A stretch of 64,000 nt of DNA. It comes from Dehalococcoidia bacterium (lineage in GTDB: Bacteria > Chloroflexota > Dehalococcoidia > Lucifugimonadales > UBA3495). The stretch lies in NCBI GenBank assembly GCA_965222895.1, contig CBDCVB010000002.1, positions 1,349,663-1,413,662 of the forward strand, read 5' to 3'. The notes below the pieces were generated by a model. That model ran no database searches. It was given only the letters and a program-made list of their open reading frames with translations, and had not been told where the DNA came from. Positions 22,724-32,189 of this stretch are shown here, piece by piece; position 1 is the first letter of the stretch, and every line of letters starts with the position of its first letter. A program made the position numbers and the translations under genes.

Positions 22724-24796
22724 TCAGGCGGGGGAGTGGCCGTTGGTGCGCAGTTGGAAATGCCCGGAGGCATCGGCGCAAAGTTTGGCACGATATCTGG
22801 CCAGCGCCAGCAGCGGCCAGGTGTTGCGGTACAGATGGTAGTTGATCATGAACCCGGCGGAGAGTTCAGGGCCCTGAAACCCGCGTTCGCCAGGCTGGGG
22901 GATTTTATCGACTCTGGCGCCTTTCAGGTAGCCGGGGAAGCCGGTGCCGGTGAAGTAGGGTTCGTCCCACTGGCCGTCGGGTCGCTGGGTGTCCAGCAAG
23001 AATGCTACGCCGCGACGGGTGGTGGGCTGGTCGGTGCGACCGGCGGCGACGAGGGCCATAATGGCCCAGGCGGTTTGGGACGCGGTGCTGGGGCCGACGC
23101 CGCGCTGGGTTGGGTCGATGTATGAGACGCAGGATTCTCCCCAACCGCCGTCGTCATTTTGATGAGAGACGAGCCAATCCATGGCGCGCTGGATAAAGGG
23201 TTGGCTCAGGTCTTCGCCGATGGATTCCAGGGCGGGCAGGACGGCGCCGAGGCCATATATGTAGTTGACGCCCCACCGACCGAACCAGCTGCCATCCGGT
23301 TCCTGCTCGTAGCGGATGTAGCGGTAGGCGTCCTGCATTTTTCGGTCGTCGGGGCCGTAGCCGAGTTTTCCGTACATTTCCACGACGTGAGCGGTTACGT
23401 CGGCGCTGGATGGATCCAGGACCTCGCCGAAGTCGCTGAACGCAAGGGCGGTGAGGTAGTTGTGGTTGTTGTTCTTGTCAAAGGAGGCCCAGCCTCCGTC
23501 GCGGTTCTGCATACCGGACACCCAGGTTACGGCGCGATTGATCGCCTGCTGGCGACGTTCGTCCTCGGCGCCGGGCAGTTTAGTGAGGCGCAATCCGAGT
23601 ACAACCTCGGCGGTGTCGTCGACATCGGGGTAGCAGTCGTTGTGGAACTCGAAGGCCCAGCCGCCGGGGGGGAGGTTGTTGGCTTGCACCTGCCAGTCGC
23701 CGCCGTCCAGGATTTGCTGGTCGAGGATCCAGCGGGTGGCTCCTTGCAGCATGGGGTCGTCGGCCGGCACGCCGCTCTCCGCGAGGGCCTGCATAATCAG
23801 GCAAGTGTCCCACACGGGCGAGATGCAGCCTTGAATCGTCCACTGGTCGCCTTTCTGGATGCCAAATCCCTCGAGGCCGCTGAAGCCGCGCTGGATTGCC
23901 GGGTGATGGTCGGCGTAACCGTAGGTGCTGAGGGCAATAAGACTGTACACCCAGGGTGGTTGGATGCCGCCCCAGCTGCCGTCCTGCTCCTGGTGTTGGA
24001 GAATCCAGCGGATTGCCTTGCGCTCGGCCCACCGGCGGACGGGGTTGGACGGGAGACGGTGGTACAGGGAAACAATGCTCTTTTCGGCGAGCGCCAGCAG
24101 CCTGGCGAGGTTAAAACCGGGGGGTGTGGGCAGCGAATAATCGGTGCCTTCCGGGCCGTCGGGCAACAACTCGTCAATGGTGTGTTCGGGCGGAATCTGG
24201 CGCACGGGCTGCCGAGCCGACACAATGGACAGTGGAACGATGCAGCCGCGGGCCCAGCTGGCGAAGCGGTAGATGTTGAAGGGCGCCCAGTTGGGTACGA
24301 GCAGCATTTCAGGCAGCAGCCGGGGGGTGCCGTTCCATTTCCACTGACCGAACAGCGATAGCCATATGCGGGTAAACATCCGCACTGCCGGGAGTCCGCC
24401 GCGGTCCAGGATGAATTCGCGGGCGCGGCGCATATAGTCAGCGTCGGGAGGTTCCCCGCACAGTTTGAGGGCGAAGTAGCATTCCACGGTGGTGGAAAGG
24501 TCGCCGGGGGCGCCGTAGTAAACCGCCCAGGAGCCGTCCGCGCGCTGTTTGCTGAGCAGGTAGTTGATGATGTGCCGCTCGCGGGCGGGGTTGCGGCGAC
24601 CCAGGAAGCGGCACAACATAACGTACTCGGCTTCCATGGTGTTGTTGGATTCCAGCTCGGCCCACCAGTATCCGCCGGTGTATTGTTCGCCACGGAAGAA
24701 TTGCTGCAAGCGGGCAATAGCCGAATCCAGCGCCGATTGAGACGGCGCAGACCCGTTGGTGCGCTGTTCCGTTGGTATTTGCTGCTGCTGTACCAT
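22724..24796 (-). CDS. shc: squalene-hopene cyclase
   Basis: 690 aa with the DxDDTA catalytic motif (CYPDVDDTAEVV) and repeated QW motifs (QRADGSWAVYYG, QEQDGSWGG, QNRDGGWASF, QEPDGSWFGRWG, QNDDGGWGE, QRPDGQWDE). Confidence 0.95.
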   Translation of the reverse strand: MVQQQQIPTEQRTNGSAPSQSALDSAIARLQQFFRGEQYTGGYWWAELESNNTMEAEYVMLCRFLGRRNPARERHIINYLLSKQRADGSWAVYYGAPGDLSTTVECYFALKLCGEPPDADYMRRAREFILDRGGLPAVRMFTRIWLSLFGQWKWNGTPRLLPEMLLVPNWAPFNIYRFASWARGCIVPLSIVSARQPVRQIPPEHTIDELLPDGPEGTDYSLPTPPGFNLARLLALAEKSIVSLYHRLPSNPVRRWAERKAIRWILQHQEQDGSWGGIQPPWVYSLIALSTYGYADHHPAIQRGFSGLEGFGIQKGDQWTIQGCISPVWDTCLIMQALAESGVPADDPMLQGATRWILDQQILDGGDWQVQANNLPPGGWAFEFHNDCYPDVDDTAEVVLGLRLTKLPGAEDERRQQAINRAVTWVSGMQNRDGGWASFDKNNNHNYLTALAFSDFGEVLDPSSADVTAHVVEMYGKLGYGPDDRKMQDAYRYIRYEQEPDGSWFGRWGVNYIYGLGAVLPALESIGEDLSQPFIQRAMDWLVSHQNDDGGWGESCVSYIDPTQRGVGPSTASQTAWAIMALVAAGRTDQPTTRRGVAFLLDTQRPDGQWDEPYFTGTGFPGYLKGARVDKIPQPGERGFQGPELSAGFMINYHLYRNTWPLLALARYRAKLCADASGHFQLRTNGHSPA

Positions 24797-24818
24797 TGGC
24801 GTCCGGTATTATCAGAAC

Positions 24819-25892
24819 CTAACGGTCATCCGGCAAGTATCCGTGATCGGTGAACCAGCGGATAGCTTTCTCCAGCGCGGATTCCACCGAATTTTGCGGC
24901 ATACCCAGCTGGGTGATTGCCTTGTGGCTGGTAACGTACATCGGGCGTTGGGACACCTTGATGGCTTCCACCGGGATGGTGGGCTGGCGATGCATTATGC
25001 CGCCTTCCACCGCCTGGTCCAGATAGGCGGCGCCCAGGACCAGCCAGTAGGGGAAGCGCCAACGGGGAACCCGCCGACCCGTGATTTCGGCCAGCATCTC
25101 GAAAATCTGCCGCAGCGTAAGGTTGCGGCTGCCCAGGATGTAGCGGTGGCCGGGTTCTCCCCGCTCCATCGCCAGGATGTGCCCTTCGGCCACATCGGCC
25201 ACGTCAACGAAGTTGAGGCCGGTATTCATGTAGCCGGGCATACGGCCGCGGGCGAAGTCAAGTGGGATTCGTCCGGTGGGCGTGGGTTTGACATCCCACT
25301 CACCGACCGGAGCGCAGGGGTTTACTACGACCACCGGAAGACCGTTTCCGTTGGCTTGCAGGGCCAACTGCTCGGACTGGTACTTGGAGCGTTTGTAGTG
25401 TCCGACCAGTTGCGACGGATCCAGCGGCGTGTTTTCATCTCCCAAAATGCCTGGATCACCCAACACGGATGTGTTGCCCAACCTGCCTGCGTTGCCCAAC
25501 TTGGTTGAGTCTATGCTGCCGCCGGGTTCCCGGGGCAAGCCGATGGTTACAACCGAGCTGGTGAACACCACCCGCTCGACGCCGGCTTCCCGGGCGGCGG
25601 TCAGGATGTTGCGCGTGCCTTCCACGTTGGAGCGGTAAATGTCGGTGGGGTGGCGGGCCCAGAACGAATAGGTGGCAGCGCAGTGGTAAACGAACCTGCA
25701 CCCGGCCATGGCGCGTCGCAGCGAATCAACGTCAAGCAGGTCGCCGGGGCATCGCTGGATTGAAGTATCCTGAATCGCCGCTTCGTTGGCACCGGGGCGG
25801 ACGAGCGCGCGCACGTCGTCGCCGCGCATCCAGAGCGCGCGAGCGACATTGCCGCCGACGAATCCGGTGGCGCCGGTTACCAGGCTGGTCAT
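24819..25892 (-). CDS. hpnA: hopanoid-associated sugar epimerase HpnA (SDR)
   Basis: MTSLVTGATGFVGGNVARAL (GxxGxxG) and YKRSKYQSE (YxxxK). The start overlaps the hpnG stop (25889-25892). Confidence 0.8.
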   Translation of the reverse strand: MTSLVTGATGFVGGNVARALWMRGDDVRALVRPGANEAAIQDTSIQRCPGDLLDVDSLRRAMAGCRFVYHCAATYSFWARHPTDIYRSNVEGTRNILTAAREAGVERVVFTSSVVTIGLPREPGGSIDSTKLGNAGRLGNTSVLGDPGILGDENTPLDPSQLVGHYKRSKYQSEQLALQANGNGLPVVVVNPCAPVGEWDVKPTPTGRIPLDFARGRMPGYMNTGLNFVDVADVAEGHILAMERGEPGHRYILGSRNLTLRQIFEMLAEITGRRVPRWRFPYWLVLGAAYLDQAVEGGIMHRQPTIPVEAIKVSQRPMYVTSHKAITQLGMPQNSVESALEKAIRWFTDHGYLPDDR

Positions 25893-26692
25893 GCGTTGGG
25901 TGCCGTTGTGAGAGGTTGTGCAGGAGGCCGGGAGTTTACGAAGTCCGCGACGCATCGGGTGAGACTGCGGCGGGCTACCCGAGCTTGGCGGGCGAGCTTG
26001 GTCAGCCGGAGCAGGTGGTGAGGGTGGGTAACGGCGCCCATGGCGACCAAAGCCGGGTTGCCGGCGGTGAGGTAGCCGGGGAGAGCCTCATCGGCGGTGT
26101 CCAGTACCACGCGAATAGAGGCGAAGGGGATACTGGCATCGGCTGCTACCTCGGCGGCCCAGTAGTCCTCCATGTTCACCGAGGCTGCGCCCAATGATTG
26201 CCGGTGGGTGGCTTTCGTAGCGGCGTCGGCAATCGTGAGCACGGTGGAGGATGGTTGGGTGTTTATGCTGCCGTCCTGACGGCGGGCCACGGCGCAGAGG
26301 GCCGAATGCAGGTTGGGGTCGGCCGGGATTTCGCCAGGTTGGGCGGACAGTCGGAAAGACGTGGCGATGTGCAGGTCTCCGGTGCGAAGGGAAGGATCGG
26401 CGGCGCCGCAGAACCCGACCATCAGCATTGCATCCGGCGCATCCGGTATGGCGCCGGGGAACATGGCATCGACAAACGTGGCAATGGATCGCTTTGCATC
26501 CAGCCTTTTGACGGCAATCGTGGATAGGCTGTTCAACGTGGCTTGCCGTCCGATGCCGGTGACGTGCAGCGAGACGTGAGTATGCGCCGGCGCTCCGACG
26601 TGTCGCCGGATGCCGGTTAGTTCGGTGGCCATGGGCGCGAGGATTGCCAGCATCGCAGGATGTTCCGTAGGAGGCGGAGGGTTAGTCACCAC
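25889..26692 (-). CDS. hpnG: hopanoid-associated nucleosidase/phosphorylase HpnG
   Basis: 267 aa with a PNP/MTAN-like N-terminus (MLAILAPMATELTGIRRHV). It lies between hpnH and hpnA, as in described hpn clusters. Confidence 0.7.
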   Translation of the reverse strand: MVTNPPPPTEHPAMLAILAPMATELTGIRRHVGAPAHTHVSLHVTGIGRQATLNSLSTIAVKRLDAKRSIATFVDAMFPGAIPDAPDAMLMVGFCGAADPSLRTGDLHIATSFRLSAQPGEIPADPNLHSALCAVARRQDGSINTQPSSTVLTIADAATKATHRQSLGAASVNMEDYWAAEVAADASIPFASIRVVLDTADEALPGYLTAGNPALVAMGAVTHPHHLLRLTKLARQARVARRSLTRCVADFVNSRPPAQPLTTAPNA

Positions 26693-26734
26693 GGCGAGGG
26701 GCGAGCGCCGTATTGGGCGGTGGCGGCCCGGGGA

Positions 26735-27811
26735 TCAACCGACACTGATGCCGCCCCGGTGAGCGGAGCCGGACTTGACGAGGGTCACCCAGTCTTTGGG
26801 TTTGCCGATGGCGTTGAAGATGGTGGCCGACTCAAAACCACAGTGCATCATGCAATTTGCGCAGCGCGGGTCGCGTCCAACGCCATACTTCTCTTCCCAG
26901 AGCTGAGGCTCGTAGAGGTCTTCCACATTATCGGTGTGTTCATCGGCCAGCGGGTAGCAGGGCTTGCGCCACCCCATCACGGTGTAGGTGGGGTTGGACC
27001 AGGCGGTGCACTGGTACTCGCGGTCGCCCCGCAGGAAGTTGAGGTACAGCGGGTTGTTGTACAACCGCATCCCATCCGTGCGGGTAGGATCCAGCAGGTT
27101 GCGGAATACATTGCGAGATTCCTGACGAGTCAGGAACAGGTCCTGATCGGGCGCGTCCTCAAAGTCATAGCCGGGTGAAATCATTGATCCCTCGACGCCG
27201 AGGTCGCTGACGTAGCGGAACATTTCGCGCAGGTCGTCCACATCGCTGTTGCGGAACACGGTGGTGTTGGTACAAACACGATAGCCCTGCTCGACGGCCA
27301 TCTGGATGCCAGCGACGGCGCGGCGAAACACACCGGAGCGGGCCACCGATTCGTCGTGCTTTTCTTCCATGCCATCCATGTGAATGACCCAGCAGAAGTA
27401 TTTGGACGGCGGGATTTTCTTAAGCATTCTCTCCAGGAGCAGAGCGTTAGTGCAGCAGTAGACGAAGTATTTTTCGGCCACCAGCGCGTTGATTATCCGG
27501 TCGATATGCGGGTGGATGGTGGGTTCGCCGCCGGCGATGGAAACGATGGGAGCGCCGGCTTTGTGGACGGCATCGAGGGCTTCATCGACGGGCATCATCT
27601 TGTCCAGAACGCCGCGGTATTCGCGGATGCGCCCGCAGCCAACGCAGGCCAGGTTACACATTTCCAGCGGCTCCAGCATGGTAACGAGAGGGAACCGTTT
27701 GCGTCCCCGCAGGCGGTTTTTGAGGATGTACCAACCCGTCTTCACCCCCAGTTCCAGAGGGCGCTTCGCCGGCTTGATGGCGGCGGGTTGGTCTTTCAGG
27801 GTTTGCACCAT
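26735..27811 (-). CDS. hpnH: adenosylhopane synthase HpnH (radical SAM)
   Basis: ..RKRFPLVTMLEPLEMCNLACVGCGRIREY contains the CxxxCxxC cluster, and ..DPRCANCMMHCGFE lies at the C-terminus. The likely start is MVQTLKD at 27811. Confidence 0.85.
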   Translation of the reverse strand: MVQTLKDQPAAIKPAKRPLELGVKTGWYILKNRLRGRKRFPLVTMLEPLEMCNLACVGCGRIREYRGVLDKMMPVDEALDAVHKAGAPIVSIAGGEPTIHPHIDRIINALVAEKYFVYCCTNALLLERMLKKIPPSKYFCWVIHMDGMEEKHDESVARSGVFRRAVAGIQMAVEQGYRVCTNTTVFRNSDVDDLREMFRYVSDLGVEGSMISPGYDFEDAPDQDLFLTRQESRNVFRNLLDPTRTDGMRLYNNPLYLNFLRGDREYQCTAWSNPTYTVMGWRKPCYPLADEHTDNVEDLYEPQLWEEKYGVGRDPRCANCMMHCGFESATIFNAIGKPKDWVTLVKSGSAHRGGISVG

Positions 27812-27925
27812 TTGGGGTCTCCCGTTAGTTATCCATGCGTAACTGTCGATGAGCGGATTTGCGCCGCCAATGGGCCGGTTCCGTTGAAATGTAGTTGAAA
27901 TGTAGATGATGGCCGGCAAAGTCGC

Positions 27926-28252
27926 CTACCGTGCCGGTGTCTGGGAAAATGTGGTCATCTCCCGCCAGTGTGATTGGTTGCACTCGCATCCGTCGTACCA
28001 AGACCGTGCTACAGGATGGGTGTCAGGGACGGGATTGAATTCTATCCCCCTTTCTGCCAAGAACCTGACCGGACCGCCCTGTCCCCAATCTTGATATGAA
28101 TACCAGCGCTGCGGTTGATGGGCAAGTGCTGTCAGACAGGCGTCTAAGTAGGCAAATTGTCGAGGCGTGCGCTCGCTGAGCGGGACCTCTATGATGTTTT
28201 TAATCGCGTCCACGCCTCCCTTATTCAGTTTCCCAGAGTTGTTAGTGGTCAT
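27926..28252 (-). CDS. hypothetical protein (108 aa) embedded in the hopanoid cluster
   Basis: Clean ORF with GGAAAGGA upstream of its ATG. It looks lower in GC than its neighbours. No family recognised. Confidence 0.45.
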   Translation of the reverse strand: MTTNNSGKLNKGGVDAIKNIIEVPLSERTPRQFAYLDACLTALAHQPQRWYSYQDWGQGGPVRFLAERGIEFNPVPDTHPVARSWYDGCECNQSHWREMTTFSQTPAR

Positions 28253-28337
28253 ATCCTTTCCTGTGGCATTCTATTTCCATCATCTATAATTCGACGGAAC
28301 CAATGCGCTGTCGGCATCCACGCCAAAACAGACGGTG

Positions 28338-29447
28338 CTAAAACAGACGGTGGGCGAGAAAGTCAACGAGATTTTCGGCATCCTGCGTTGCCCAGGGCGG
28401 TAGTTCGAGCATTGCCAAAGCTGAGCGGGCCTCGTCGGCGGTTACTTCGGTGAGGTGGTCGGTGTGGCGGGCGGCGCCGATTTCGTCCAGCACTTCCATA
28501 ACTTGGTCCACGTCTGATTCGTCCAGAGATTCCTGGGAGTAGATACGGAGCAACTCGGAGCGGGCGCCGCCGGTGGCTTCCTGAAAGGCGAACACAATCG
28601 GGTAGCTCTTTTTGCGCTGCACGATGTCGCTGTCGGTGGACTTGCCGGTGATGGCTTCGTCGCCCCAGATGCCGAGGTAGTCATCGCGAATCTGGAATAG
28701 GCGGCCCACGGAGCGTCCGAAGCGGGCGACGCCGCTGATGGTTGCTTCGTCATCGGTAGCGATGGTGGCCCCGATTTCCATGCCGCACCTGATGAGCGCG
28801 CCGGTTTTGAGGGCAATCATGTCCAGATATTCGTCGGCGGTGATGGTGTCGCGCTGCTCGAACTGCAGGTCGCGGCACTGGCCTTCGATCATCTCCAGAT
28901 AGCTGTCCGTAAGCAGACCGGACACGCGTATTGCGGTGTTGGGGGCGATGCCGTCATTGAACCCAATGGTAGCCAGGTCGCCCAGGGATTGCATCGCATC
29001 GCCGGCGACCAAGGCCCGCGGTGTGCCCCAGAGCGCCCACACGGTCGGTTGGTGGCGGCGTTCAAAACCCTCGTCCTGAATGTCATCGTGGACGAGGGAG
29101 AAGTTGTGGATGAGCTCCAGGGCGGCGGCGGCCGGGGCGGCATGGCCGGGTTCACCCTGCAGGGCCTCGCAGGCGAAGATGCAGAGGGTGGGACGCAGCG
29201 CCTTGCCCTGGGATGCGGGCGTGGACGACGGTACGCCGTTGCGGTTTGACCAGCCGAGGTGGTATCGAAGCAGGCTGTGTACAACGTGTTGCTCTGCGGG
29301 CGGGACACTTCCGGCCATCGCCTGTTCCACCTGGGAACGGTAGCGGTCGAACATTCCCGGCAACGCCGGGCCGACGCTTGGCGAGGTCATGAGAGGCTGA
29401 CGACTCGATTGTTGAGACGCCGCCGAAGCGGTTGGTGATGTGCCCAT
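28338..29447 (-). CDS. polyprenyl diphosphate synthase (FPP/GGPP synthase family)
   Basis: First Asp-rich motif LVHDDIQDE and second motif FQIRDDYLG. Confidence 0.9.
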   Translation of the reverse strand: MGTSPTASAASQQSSRQPLMTSPSVGPALPGMFDRYRSQVEQAMAGSVPPAEQHVVHSLLRYHLGWSNRNGVPSSTPASQGKALRPTLCIFACEALQGEPGHAAPAAAALELIHNFSLVHDDIQDEGFERRHQPTVWALWGTPRALVAGDAMQSLGDLATIGFNDGIAPNTAIRVSGLLTDSYLEMIEGQCRDLQFEQRDTITADEYLDMIALKTGALIRCGMEIGATIATDDEATISGVARFGRSVGRLFQIRDDYLGIWGDEAITGKSTDSDIVQRKKSYPIVFAFQEATGGARSELLRIYSQESLDESDVDQVMEVLDEIGAARHTDHLTEVTADEARSALAMLELPPWATQDAENLVDFLAHRLF

Positions 29448-29549
29448 GGTGTGTGTGGCCTGCCGAACAGTGGAATTGGAGGAGCAGCGCGGCGCGACTT
29501 GTAACAGAAGGGGCTATGTGTGCCAACGATGACAGAATGTAACCAACTG

Positions 29550-29577
29550 CCATCCGCCTGTCAAGCAAGGCGGATGG
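29550..29577. terminator. hairpin CCATCCGCC-N10-GGCGGATGG, partly duplicated by the IS insertion
   Basis: 9-bp perfect stem whose 3' arm is part of the 12-bp target-site duplication of the adjacent IS. Confidence 0.45.
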
Positions 29578-29581
29578 CGCC

Positions 29582-30814
29582 AGGGCAATCGCGTCTTAAT
29601 GGTAATTTTTTGAATTATGCTAATGTTGGCTGATTCGATAAAACTAGAGAGGGCGACGGGCCATGGCAGAATCACATCACGTATCGATCTTGGACCATTT
29701 CGACGACTTGGACGACCCACGGGTGGAACGGACCCGACGCCACCAGCTGGTGGATATTATAGCCATCGCCATCTGCGCCGCCATCTGCGGAGCCGATTCC
29801 TGGGTCCATGTGGAACTCTTTGGCAAGAGCAAGCTGGAATGGTTTCAAACCTTCCTGGAATTGCCCAACGGTGTCCCCTCCCATGACACCTTCGGCGATG
29901 TCTTTGCGCGTCTGGACCCAGCCCAATTCCAGAACTGCTTCGTGTCTTGGACCCAGGCCATCGCCGAACTGCTGCCCGGTGAGGTGGTCGCCATTGACGG
30001 CAAGACGGCCCGACGGTCCTACGACCGGGCGGGGAGCAAGGGAGCCATGCATCTGGTCAGCGCCTGGGCTACGCAGAACACCCTGACGTTGGGGCAGGTC
30101 AGGACGGCGGAGAAGTCCAATGAGATCACCGCCATTCCCCAACTGCTGGACTTGCTGGATCTGCACGGCTGCATCGTGACCATTGACGCCATGGGCTGCC
30201 AGCGGGAGATTGCCCAGCAGATCACAGACGGCGGGGCCAATTACGTCCTGGCGGTGAAGGAGAACCAGGGTCAACTCCACGAGGGCATCCGAGACCTGTT
30301 CGAGGGGGGCGGAGGCGTTGGGCTTTGACGGGGTGCCCTACGACTACTCCCAGACCGTGAACAAGGGACACGGACGGGTGGAACGGCGGGAATGCTGGAC
30401 CATCACCGCGACGGACTGCCTGGACTACATCAACCCTCACGGGCAATGGCCCCAACTGAAGGCCGCCATCAAAGTGGTCGGCCATCGTGAGACCGCAGCC
30501 GGCGCGATCAGTCAACCTCGCTACTACATCAGCAGCCTGCCAGCCCCAGCAGGACAACTGCTGGCTGCCGTCAGGAGCCATTGGAGCATCGAGAACTCAC
30601 TGCACTGGACTTTGGATGTAACCTTTCGAGAAGATCAGTGCCGAGTGCGCAAAGACCACGGGCCGCAGAATCTGGCCACCCTGCGTCAGATCTCCCACAA
30701 TCTACTGAAAAACGAAAACAGCATCAAAGTGGGCATCCAGGGCAAACGGCTCAACGCCGGTTGGCGTGAAGACTACCTACTAAAAGTACTCCTCGGATAA
30801 GACGCGATTGCCCT
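29582..30814 (+). mobile_element. ISAs1-family insertion sequence (1233 bp) with 17-bp perfect terminal IRs and a 12-bp target-site duplication
   Basis: IRL AGGGCAATCGCGTCTTA (29582-29598) is the reverse complement of IRR (30798-30814). The direct repeat GCGGATGGCGCC flanks the element at 29570-29581 and 30815-30826. Confidence 0.9.
29663..30800 (+). pseudogene. ISAs1-family (IS4-like, H-repeat) transposase split by a +1 frameshift in a G6 run
   Basis: ORF 29663..30328 (..ILDHFDDLDDPRVERTRRHQLVDIIAIAICAAICGADSW..VAIDGKTARRS..ITAIPQLLDLLDLHGCIVTIDAMGCQ..) continues in ORF 30318..30800 (..KGHGRVERRECW..VRSHWSIENSLHWTLDVTFREDQCRVRK..). Removing one G from 30304-30309 restores ..DLFEGAEALGFDGVPYDY... 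Confidence 0.85.
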
Positions 30815-30896
30815 GCGGATGGCGCCACCGGGGAAATCACCCCCGGCAATGTCGGCCGGTTGTGTTGGCGGGGCGGATGTTCGCCGGATCCGCCAA

Positions 30897-32000
30897 TCAG
30901 GTGGCGGCGATGAACGCCTGGCAGGCGCGGGCGGCGTCGAACACTTCGCTGATGCTGGCGGTTTCGCGGGTGGTGTGGAAATCGCGGACGCCAATGCCGA
31001 CGGGTAGCGCGACGATGCCATGCTCGAAGAACACGTTGGAATCTGAGCCGCCGCCGGTGGTTTCCAGCGCCGGTGTGAGTCCGATGTGGGTTACGGCGCG
31101 GGCGATGTCGGTCAGCGCCGGGTGGTCGTGGGGCACCTGGTAGGCGCGGTACTGGCTCCAGATGTTCAGGTCGATTTGGGCGTTCGGGAACAGTTGGCCG
31201 GCCTGGTCAAAGGCGCGGTGAAATTCCCGGGTGTAGTTGTCCAGCTTGGCCTGGTCTCGGGAGCGGATTTCGCCGTCCAGGAAAGCCGATTCGGGCACGA
31301 TGTTGCGCTTGAGGCCCCCGTTGAGAACCCCGATGTTGCTGGTGGTTTCATGGTCGATGCGACCGAGGGGCAGCCTGGTGAGGATGTGGGCGGCAACGAG
31401 CAGGGCGGAAGTGCCGTTTTCCGGTTCCAGGCCGGCATGGGCGGCGACGCCAGTGATGTTGCACTGCACGATGTTCTGCGCCGGAGCGCCCACGCAGATG
31501 CGGCTGACCGGGCCCTCGCCGTCGAACACCATGCCGGTGGTGGCCTTGACGAGGGAATAATCCAAGTTGCGGGCGCCATTCAGCCCGCCTTCCTCAGCGC
31601 GGGAGAACACGACCTGCACGGGTCGGCGCGGTTGGCCGGATTCGATGGCGGCAACCAGACCTTCCATGACGATGGCCAGACCGGCTTTGCAATCGCCGCC
31701 GAGGATGGTAGTGCCGTCTGAGTGCAGTGTGTCGCCGTTAGCATCCAGGGTTGGCTTGATGCCGCGGCCAGGTTCCACGGTGTCCATGTGGGCGGACAGC
31801 ATCACGGCGTCGGGACCGACGGATTGCGAAGTGCCGGCAAGTTCGGCGATGAGGTTGCCGAAATCGTCGTGGCGCACTACCGCGCCCAAATCGGTAAGCC
31901 AACGCGTCAGGTGGGCATCAATGGCGTCCTCTTCTCCGGTGGGGCTGTCGATGCGGATGAGGTCGATGAGTGAACCGGTGAGGCGGTCGCGATCTACCAT
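30897..32000 (-). CDS. M20/M25/M40 family metallopeptidase (peptidase T-like)
   Basis: ..LIDLIRIDSPTGEEDAIDAHL..MLSAHMDTVEPG..GGDCKAGLA..SRAEEGGLNGA... The preferred start is ATG 32000 (AGGAGA 10 nt upstream). Alternative starts lie at 32027 and 32042. Confidence 0.8.
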   Translation of the reverse strand: MVDRDRLTGSLIDLIRIDSPTGEEDAIDAHLTRWLTDLGAVVRHDDFGNLIAELAGTSQSVGPDAVMLSAHMDTVEPGRGIKPTLDANGDTLHSDGTTILGGDCKAGLAIVMEGLVAAIESGQPRRPVQVVFSRAEEGGLNGARNLDYSLVKATTGMVFDGEGPVSRICVGAPAQNIVQCNITGVAAHAGLEPENGTSALLVAAHILTRLPLGRIDHETTSNIGVLNGGLKRNIVPESAFLDGEIRSRDQAKLDNYTREFHRAFDQAGQLFPNAQIDLNIWSQYRAYQVPHDHPALTDIARAVTHIGLTPALETTGGGSDSNVFFEHGIVALPVGIGVRDFHTTRETASISEVFDAARACQAFIAAT

Positions 32001-32154
32001 CGTCAAAAATTCTCCTGCGTCAGACATTTTCACGGACGGCAACTCGTCGGCTGGTGTGCGGCGACGAGTTGCCGTAGGTTGTGGGAATCAGGGTGTTCAT
32101 GAGTATCATACACCGCGCCAGGCGGCGCGCGATGGCACCGTTGCCGGGCGTGGA

Positions 32155-32183
32155 TTGACGTTCCGTTGGAATACGGCCATAAT
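32155..32183 (+). promoter_or_regulatory. sigma70-like promoter for moaDE, possibly giving a leaderless mRNA
   Basis: TTGACG (32155-32160), a 17-nt spacer and CATAAT (32178-32183). The GTG start at 32190 lies 7 nt downstream of the -10 box. Confidence 0.4.
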
Positions 32184-32189
32184 TTTAGC

